NCBI GenBank assembly: GCA_037379345.1
Contig: CM074517.1
Location: 40,537,691-40,601,690, forward strand
Source of the DNA: Perna viridis
Lineage: Eukaryota
DNA length: 64,000 nucleotides
Direction of reading: 5' to 3'
In this document: piece by piece, positions 49,489 through 64,000 of the stretch
Layout: each line of letters begins with the position of its first letter
Numbering within the stretch: position 1 is the first letter of the stretch
Notes under the pieces: model-generated
Told to the model about the DNA's origin: nothing
What the model saw: the letters and a program-made list of their open reading frames with translations, nothing else
Databases searched by the model: none
Translations under genes and position numbers: made by a program

Positions 49489-52400
49489 TGAGGCTGTCTT
49501 GTATACTTTGAATGGTCCTTAAATTTGTTAGGTAACAATTTTCTTGGGTTGTCACATTCATTGGTTCATTGATTTTCTTCTTTGACTCCAATGCATGGAT
49601 AGACTTACTGATGATCTGTGTCTTTCAATCACTGTAACATGTAGTGGATGCATCATCTCTAAAATGACTTACAGGATTCTGTTCATATTTTGATTGATTT
49701 ATTGTAATGATGTTTAAATGTACACACATGATGTACTATACTGCTGTTTTGATACAGTAATTTTATTGGACTCACTCATTAACTTAGAGTAGACTATAAT
49801 CAATGTTTCTCAATCAGTCATGTGGTACTCATTAATTGTAATTGTAATCAGTTTCAAATCTGAATAACAGAGCCTGTGGATGTACCTAGAGTAGGCTATT
49901 ATCAATGTTTCTCAAATCTGAATAACAGAGCCTGTGGATGTACCTAGAGTAGGCTATTATCAATGTTTCTCAAATCTGAATAACAGAGCCTGTGGATGTA
50001 CCTTGAGTAGGCTATTATCAATGTTTCTCAAATCTGAATAACAGAGCCTGTGGATGTACCTAGAGTAGGCTATTATCAATGTTTCTCAAATCTGAATAAC
50101 AGAGCCTGTGGATGTACCTAGAGTAGGCTATTATCAATGTTTCTCAAATCTGAATAACAGAGCCTGTGGATGTACCTAGAGTAGGCTATTATCAATGTTT
50201 CTCAAATCTGAATAACAGAGCCTGTGGATGTACCTTGAGTAGGCTATTATCAATGTTTCTCAAATCTGAATAACAGAGCCTGTGGATGTACCTAGAGTAG
50301 GCTATTATCAATGTTTCTCAAATCTCAATAAGAGAGCCTGTGGATGTATCTCCTTTTAAACTGCTTGGCACACATAAAGTCTCAATAACCACTTCAGAGT
50401 CTTCCAAAATTTTCCTTAATTTAGATGTTAAAAAAGTAGTTTTCAAAGTTTCACTGTGAATTCCCAGGACAAATGACATCTTAAAAATGCATACCATTGT
50501 AAAGCTGGAAAAATAAGGCTTACAAAGTCAGTATGCTAATGGTACAATGATTGTAGAAGTTTTTCACTTTAATAACTAATACTGAAAATCCACATTTTTA
50601 GGTCACCTGGCCAAAGGCCATGTGAGCTATTGCCATCACTTGGCGTCCGTTGTCATTGTTGTTAACAATTATACAAAAGTCTTCTCCTCTGAAACTACAT
50701 GACGGATTAGAACCAAACTTGGTGTAAATGTTCCTTGGGGTATCCTGCATAGAACTGATGTGGGGATTTTTGATTAGGTTTAAGCCAAATTTGTATACCA
50801 AAGTCTTTGTTAAGTCCGTGCACGGTTATTGTTGATTTAGTGCATTAAAAATTATTTAAAAAAAAAACTACTTAAGCATGAAAAATTACAATTTTGATTC
50901 AAAGCAGCCAATTTTTAGCTCACCTTGCCAAAGGCCAGGTGAGCTATTGTCATCACTTGGCTTCCATTGTTGGTGTCCGTGGTCCGTTGTCATTAACCCT
51001 TTTTCAGAACTATTCTCCTCTGACACTACTTGACCAATTAAGACCAATCTTGGTATGAATGTTCCTTGGGTTATTTTGCATAAAACTGATATGGAGATTT
51101 TTGATTTGTCGAAAAAAAATGTCTGCCGTTACTAAAGATAGAACGTAAGGGTCAGACAGAAGTTTTTCGCATATATCTCCAAAACAGTAAGGTTTAACCA
51201 AATTCTGACATGGATAAAAGTGTTCAGCATGATGAGATCTATCTGTGGTCAAATTTTCATTGTAATATGTTAAGCCATGTGGGAGTTATTGCCTTTTTTC
51301 GATGTTTTTTGCTATTTTTGATGTTATTTCTTTCAAAAATCTTATCTTCTCCTCTGGCACTACATGGCCAATTAGAACCCAAACTTGGTATGAATGTTCC
51401 TTGGGAAATTTCATAGAACTGATGTGGGGATTTTTGATCTGTGGAAAAACATTGCTGCTGTTACTAAAAATAGAACAAAGGGGTCAGTCAGTCAGATGTT
51501 TTTCTCATATATATCTCCAAAACTGTTAGGTTTAGCCAAATTCTTTCAGTTGCTGAAATGATCTTTATTGTAAGGCCCAAAAAAGTCTCCATGGGATCAT
51601 TTTATACAGTTTTCAGCCAATATCTTGAAAGCTTTGATGGATAGAATGAAACTTTCAGATTAAAAAATAAATAAAATAAATGTATATAATTTCCATTTTC
51701 AGTGCAAATAATCTTGCTTTGAAAGGCAAGAGAAAGACAATATCAGCCAATGATGTGGTCAACTCAATGGATGACATGGAATTTGAACAGTTTATTGAAC
51801 CACTTAAACAGGTTTTAGAAGGTATAGTATCAAAATAAGGTTAATTAATGTCTTTCTAGGACGTCAAGAAAAAATTTTTGTTGATTTTTGGGGTTCATCA
51901 CTTCCATGGAAGTATCTGTAGAGAAAAGCTACTAAGAAAGTTATGATAAATCAGTGGTATTGTTGTCTTTAAAAAACTACCCCATCCTCCTTTGATTGGG
52001 AAAATATGCATCATTTTTTAAAACTGGATTATTTAGGATGAATGTACAAAAATTTTAGTTAGTAGTTAAAAGAGGATAACATGTCATAAATGATTAATTA
52101 GTGTGATTTTAAGGAGAAACCCCACATGTAGCTAACAATGGGGAAATAATTGATTTTATTTGGAATAATTTTTAGCCATTATTTTTCACAAATTGGGACA
52201 CTTTCATTAAGGGAAACAGCCTTATTTCACAGGTAATTTAAGGCAGATATCACTGTAAATTACAGCAAGTAATATAGCTAACTTTAGGGAATAGATTATG
52301 TCTTCCCTTGATTGAATGGTCCTCACTGAATGATGTGATGAATACATGTAGTTAATTGGACAAATAACAGATATTTAAACTTTGTGTGATATATATAAAA

Positions 52401-53404
52401 AAGTACTTTAAGGAGGTAGACCTAGGGTTAGGGACACAACTCTTAAAAATCATTTGAACGTTTGTATGCAGCATTTTACATCCATATTAAGTAAGCATCT
52501 AATTAACTTGGATTGATTTTTTTCTGCTTCAAACAAAAGTTTGAGAGGCTTTGGTAAAATTGAATATGATTTCACTGATTTCAAGTCATGTCCCTTACCC
52601 TAGGTCGACCACCTTAATTTAAGTTTGATAGAAGGTTTAAATCTCTGTCAGTAGTCCAGTTAATTACCTGAGGCAGTTCACCAGGGGAGCGTAATTGGAA
52701 AGACCAACTGATTTCCTGCAGTCAACTATATTGTGTAAATAAATTTATTATGTTCAATATTCAAAATGCTTTTTCTAGAAATTTCTTCTTTCAGTCTTAA
52801 GTTTTCTTGAGGTTTTATTCTTATTACTTTTTACTTAAGGAGGTAGACCTAGGTAAGGAACATAACTCTTGAAATCAGTGATTTGTTTGTTTCATATTTA
52901 ATTTCACCAAAGCCTATCAAGCTTTTATTTGAAACCGAATAAAATCAGTGTAAGTTACATTGATGCTTACATGACATTGATGTAAAATGCTGAATACAAA
53001 TGTTCCAATGATTTGTAAGAGTTACATGTATATCCCTTACCCAAGGTCTACTTCCTTAAATGAAGCAATATTAGTTTGATGACTTGCATAATCTCAGTTT
53101 TGCAAAATCTTTCATTCCAGATACATGTATAACATAAGTTGAATTTGAGAAAAAAAATCATCTCATTATAAGTTGAATTTGAGAAAGAAAAAAAAGGATG
53201 TATCAAAAATTTTTCTGAAATTTTACAGAATACAGAAAAGAACAGAAATCAAAGAAGGATGCAGCATCAGAAAGGAAGAAGAAGGCCAAGGAAGATGAAG
53301 AGAAAGTGGCAGCAGAATCAGAAGGAGAAGAACAGGCTGAGCCTATGGAGGAAGAAGATACACCTGTTGGCAGTGTAGTGACAATCTCAGATGAAGACAG
53401 TTAA
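43331..53404 (+). CDS. POLE3: DNA polymerase epsilon subunit 3 / CHRAC17 (histone-fold, 148 aa)
   Basis: Exons 43331-43396 ([22 protein letters not shown]), 49113-49198 ([28 protein letters not shown]), 51703-51821 and 53229-53404 (acidic tail, TAA); phases are consistent. Confidence 0.96.
43780..44040 (-). mobile_element. hAT transposase remnant (C-terminal dimerisation domain)
   Basis: DPLLWLK...KFP...[16 protein letters not shown]...QRACLS is a degraded hAT/ZBED1-type motif. Confidence 0.8.
44440..45790 (+). mobile_element. Second Penelope-like element remnant with terminal hammerhead motif
   Basis: Fragments [17 protein letters not shown] (about 44765) and [32 protein letters not shown] (about 45187-45281); hammerhead-like motif at 45706-45748. 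Confidence 0.7.
45706..45748 (+). ncRNA. Degenerate minimal type I hammerhead ribozyme
   Basis: Stem I ATGTC/GACAT, core CTGACAA (consensus CTGAnGA), stem II CCAC-agtaa-GTGG, then GAAAC-AT-ATC. Confidence 0.6.
46893..48259 (+). mobile_element. Helentron-associated non-autonomous element (HINE-like) with internal tandem repeats of about 315 bp
   Basis: Subterminal IR GCTCACCTGG / CCAGGTGAGC, (GTC)n tract, repeats of aaaaacatggctgctgttactaaaaatagaac at about 47077, 47392, 47710 and 48035, and 3' hairpin AGGCTC-tctt-GAGCCT. Confidence 0.75.
49406..49487. repeat. (TG)n microsatellite, about 40 units
   Basis: Direct reading of the sequence. Confidence 0.98.
49855..50348. repeat. 58-bp minisatellite, about 8.5 copies, in POLE3 intron 2
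   Basis: Unit caaatctgaataacagagcctgtggatgtacctagagtaggctattatcaatgtttct, period 58. Confidence 0.95.
50595..51660 (+). mobile_element. Two truncated copies of a related HINE-like element
   Basis: Starts tttttag(g/c)tcacct(g/t)gccaaaggcca at about 50595 and about 50914; shared internal sequence. Confidence 0.7.
52408..52617 (+). mobile_element. TTAA-flanked MITE, copy 4
   Basis: Same TIRs and TTAA flanks; internal sequence as in copy 1. Confidence 0.8.
52835..53059 (-). mobile_element. TTAA-flanked MITE, copy 5 (inverted relative to copy 4)
   Basis: Same TIRs and TTAA flanks; reverse orientation. Confidence 0.8.
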
Positions 53405-56400
53405 TCTGTTTCACAATTACCCCCTCCCCCATTGGCAGTCTGGTGATGATCTCTATTGACAAGATATAATTTATTGTGGTTTAAAAGTCACTTTTTTTAG
53501 TAACTGCTACCATTGTGGTTCTTGAACATTTCATGCGAGGGAAACAACCCGTACACCAGACTGACTGGTGGGCTGTTTTATGTGTGGAATCATAAGATCA
53601 AGTGAAGTTTTTCTTTAACTCATTTAGTACATGTATACCCAAATGAATTGAAAAAAATAATGAAGAGTCCAATAATTTTAGTTTATACTAAAAATATTTA
53701 ATGTTCTGCCTTTCTTAAATGAGGTAGTGAACCAGTCTGTTCGGTTTGTGAGTTATTTACTTTTATATAAAATGTCTAAAAACCATTAGTTGGAAAAAAA
53801 GGATTGGTGACATCACTATTATAATTTTTGATGATTGATGTTATTTTGTATCCTACAGTGTTTGTCTAATCCAACATCTTCTTTAATGCATATTGAAAAA
53901 ATGTTGATGGAAAAAGATTCTTTTTACAATAATACCTATATAGTCTAATATCAATGTTTCAGTTTGTTAACATGGAAACTTTCTACACAGTTATATTTCT
54001 TCTATTTTTGTTACAAGATGTCTAACAATATTTTAAGACTGATGGTAAGAATCAAACATGAACCTAAGCCTAGGCTCAAAGCAGGTTTAATTGAAAAAAT
54101 CATTAAATTAAATTTGGATTCACTGTTTACAATAACATACAACCAGACATTTTGCTTATAAAGAAATTCGTCCAAAAAAAAAAAGAATTGTCAGATTAGA
54201 AAACTCTAAGTATAGCTGGTACATTTTTATCATCATCATTATTATTTCATGTAACTTTTGTGTTTTGTGAAAATATCTGCACATTAAAAGATATGCCTAA
54301 TGATCATCAAGTATAGCAAAACTATTTTGATGATATTTTCATATATTTATGACTTTGAAAGGCCTGTATCATGTTTTCAGTTTGAACTGTAGTATTTTCC
54401 ACTGTTTCTAATTTTATTAAGAGTACTGGAGCAGGTAAAGAAAAAATCTTTTTCAAATGTATTTGCATCGTTGGAAAACCACGGCTGATTCCGACAATGA
54501 TGTAATGTTCAAGGTAGATTACCCACATTACATTTATTTTGAAATATGTATGTATGTGCATTGCAAACAATACAAGCCATTTTTTATATTGTACATGTAG
54601 GTTTCTTATTTTAAGCCTAGCACCGCATTATCTTGTCAGCAGTTCTATCTGTTTTCAAGATTTAAAGGTCCTCGACTTATCTCAGTTTCAGATCAATGGT
54701 CTATTTGAGGAAAAGCAAAAGTCTTCCATAAAGTGTCAATGACATGGGTTGAAGGTCATGGACCAAGGGCATATAAAATTTCATTGGTCTTGGGTCACAA
54801 ATTGAGGGCTCTTCATCTTGGACTTATACTAATTAGAAATCTTAGTCATAGGTTGTTAAATCTGAAATGTACTTTATTGGTTTGTATTAATAATTGGGTT
54901 GTATATTGGTATGGCGCTGTTGTCGTCGTCCGTGTCATTTTCGTTTGTAGACACTTGGTTATTAGTTGGTTTATCATTATGAAATTATATACCTAAATTT
55001 CAAAGCACAAAAGAAAGGTTTGTATTGAATTTGGGGGATTATGGCCCCAATTGTTTTAGAATTAGGGACCAAAAAAGGGCAAAACAAGCATTTCATAGAA
55101 TTTAACTGTATAGCTCTAATAAAAGCATGGGAATGTCTATGATATTGTTCCACAATATTCAACACCACAATAGTTCAGACTTCCGATTGATTTTTGGGGT
55201 AAAGAACTTTCAGAAATTGGGGCCAAGAAGTAGACCAGAAACATGCATTTTCTTGGTGTTTGGACAATATTAACTTGACTATTAGTGAATGAATCTTTTT
55301 GATTATTAGAAGGTGCCATACCACAAAATGAAGATTGGGATTGATTTTTGGGGTTGTGACTGGAGCCAAGAATTAGGGGACAGAAACAAACATTTTTTTC
55401 CTGATTTCTTGGCCATAGCTTGATTATTTCTGGTCTGAATTTGAATTTTTGTTCGTTAAATCTTTATGAAAGTTCTTGCCTGTGTTTTTCAAGCAAATTT
55501 TGGAATGAATAGCTTTTAAATTATAAGGAGCCACGCCCAATAAATCATCTTTTTATTTTTGGTGTGATTTTGAAGATTTTTTAAAAATTAGATTCCACAT
55601 GAAAATTCCTGACTGAATTTTCAATCAGATTTCAGATATTTCTTCCGTTTTTCCAGTTATAAGACATTAAAGGGGACTAATATTGTGTCCACACTTGCTT
55701 CAAGTGAACAGAGTTTAACTGGCTGTGTTTGCATCATGCTGTTTTCTGTGAAGCTTGTTATTTATTCCTCTAATGAAAGTGTCTATTTATTCTCATATCT
55801 CTGTAAGCACAAGTACCCCTAAACCACTCTACAATGGATTTTAGTCAATTTTTATAGAAAGGTTAGGTGTCATGAAGATAGGCATGAAGAAAATTCATTC
55901 TTGACAGCTGTCTGCTAAGGTAGAATATCTAACTTCAGAAAACCTTAGTAATTCAACTCCTCGTAAACTGCTCAGTGGGTTTTGATGAAGGTTGAACTTC
56001 ATATGTATGTGATAGATGTGCAAAAAGGAAGATAATTATTGTTCGATGCCTTCAAAGGGAGATAGTACAACTTAAGGGTTTAACATGTTAAAAACCTTGT
56101 GTAAAAGTCCTAGACAGATCATTGGATTAAGATTAAGTTTTGTAGGAAGATTTTGCATCACATGTAGATGTAGCAATGAAGGTAACTGCATGGGCTTCTT
56201 TTATCCACCTTAAATAGCAGTCTTAATAAAAATCAGACAGAAGGAGATTCATGCACGTCAAAACCTAATGAACTGACATTTCTTGTTCAAAAACAATTAT
56301 TGATCACATATTCAGTCTTAGTTTTTCATTTGGTTGTTGAATTTAATGAGAGTTTTATGTATAAATATGTATGATTTTCTCAAAAATGCAGATCTGAATA

Positions 56401-56617
56401 TAGAAATGATTATCATTCTGTAAAAATATAGCATATGTAGACTGAAAAAGCAGTTTGTTTGCTGGGTTTTTCTACACCATGAATTACTTTACCATTGACA
56501 GTGTCTGAATTTTTTTTGTGGACTGGTACTTAAATCCACTTGAAATAAGGATTTTCTTGAGAGATTGATGACAGTTTTCTAGTAAGATACATTATTACCA
56601 TGATTTTGTCTTTAGTG

Positions 56618-57754
56618 AACAAGAGGCTCCCAGGAGCCTGAATCGCTCGTGGTTGAATTTTGCCTTTCAAGGGCAATAAATTAAACAAGAAGTCCAACAA
56701 TTTTGACTCAAGAAAACTTCGATAGGACTTATCATAAGGATCATTTCGGTAAATGAAAGTCTAAATCTATCATAGTTTTCAAGACATTGGCTGAAAACTT
56801 AAAAAAAAACCCTGTCATTTTCCCCAGTCAAGGGCAATAACTCTTATAAAGCATCTGACAAATTTTATGCCTGAAGACTTGTAGTCCTAAAAATAAGGAT
56901 CATTTCAGCTATTGAAAGAATTCACCGAAACCTAACCGTTATGGAGATATATGTGAAAAACTACTGTCTGACCCCTATGTTCTATTTTTAGTAACAGTGG
57001 CCATGTTTTTCGACGGATAAAAAAAAAACCCACTTCAATTCTATGCAGGATACCCCAAGGAACACTTATACTGAGTTTTGTTTCAATTTGGAAAATAGTG
57101 TCAGAGGAGAAGATTTTTGGAAGAAATAACATTAAAAATAGCAAAAAACTTTAAAAAAGGACAATAACTCCAACATGGCTTAATAGATTCAAATGAAAAT
57201 TTGACGCAGATAGATATCATCATGCTGAACACTTTTACCCTTTCAGAATGGGCTAAACCTAACCGTTTTGGAGATATATGTGAAAAACTATTGTCTGACC
57301 CCTATATTCTATTTTTAGTAACGGCAGCCATGCTTTTGACGGATCAAAAATTCCCCACATCAGTTTTATGCAGGATACCCCAAGGAACATTCATACCAAG
57401 TTTGGTTCCAACTGGTCAAGTAGTGTCAGAGGAGATTTTTGAAAGAAATAACATTAAAAATAGCCCAAAAAAAAAAAAAAAAAAACCTCGAAAAAGGGCA
57501 ATAACTCCAACGTGGCTGAACAGATTAAAATGAAAATTTGACCGCTGATAGATCTCATTATGCTGAACACTTATACCCCTGTAACCGTTTTGGAGATAAA
57601 TTTGAGAAACTACTGTCTGACCCCTATGTTCAATTTTTAGTAACCGAGGCCATTTTTTTTCGACGGATCAAAAATACAATTTGAAAAATTGTTAACGAAG
57701 ACGGACGCCAAGTGGTGGCAACAGCTCACATGGCCTTCGGCCAGGTTAGCTAAT
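56618..57754 (-). mobile_element. HINE-like element, reverse orientation
   Basis: Hairpin aggctc-ccag-gagcct at the left end and ggccaggttagctaa at the right end; internal part is the reverse complement of 50914-51660. Confidence 0.75.
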
Positions 57755-58247
57755 AAAAAACGACATTTTTGTGTTGGGTTCTTGTAAGGGTTTCCAACTA
57801 AGGTGGGTTACGTTCCTTTGAAAAACTTGCTAAAATGGTTTGCATTTCGTAAAAATGAAAAACAACTGTTAAGAGGAAGAATTTTCTGCCTTGGGATGAG
57901 GTCCTTCTGTACCTATACACCCAGCTGTATGACATTATGGGAAACCTTAAAATATCTGTTGTCGTATATATTTATTTTACAATATTTACATATTTTAATA
58001 CATGAACTAGCTATGATAAATGCATAAGATAAAACAAAAAACACACATTTTGGAGCTGGAGTACAAATCTTGAGAGATGTGTCTTTAAATAATGTCATTT
58101 TCCCAAGTGCCTAACAAATAGGCAATTAATTTTGGGCAGCTAATGAAACATACAAACTAATTCTTCTGTTATCTAAAATTAAATTTGGATTTACAGACAT
58201 AGTTTACAGTATTTCAGTCAGAACCGTCAGTGCATCTTCATTAAGAT

Positions 58248-63991
<5,744 letters not shown>

Positions 63992-64000
63992 CTGTAGAAT

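Noticed and set aside
49262-49591. CV-repeat and HT-repeat ORFs
   Set aside because: They are translations of the (TG)n microsatellite.

Overview
AT-rich, intron-rich animal genomic DNA; gene and repeat style suggest a bivalve mollusc (inferred, not proven). It holds six spliced protein-coding genes, reconstructed by hand from GT-AG junctions and reading phase. (1) 5' part of a VAV Rho-GEF (minus strand, runs off the left edge), head-to-head with (2) RABEPK (plus). (3) A Mab-21/cGAS-like (cGLR-fold) gene (minus) that the ORF track splits into three unrelated-looking ORFs; its nucleotidyltransferase catalytic motifs appear lost. (4) CK2 beta (minus), head-to-head with (5) POLE3 (plus). (6) 3' part of a matrix metalloproteinase (minus, runs off the right edge). 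Introns are full of TTAA MITEs, MULE-like MITEs, Helentron-type elements, Penelope-like and hAT remnants, and minisatellites. The most interesting items are the putative cGAS-like pseudoenzyme, a gene set matching the vertebrate MHC paralogon (proto-MHC-like block), and a 77-bp satellite built from a CK2 beta exon/donor junction that multiplies splice sites. No rRNA, tRNA or CRISPR array was seen.
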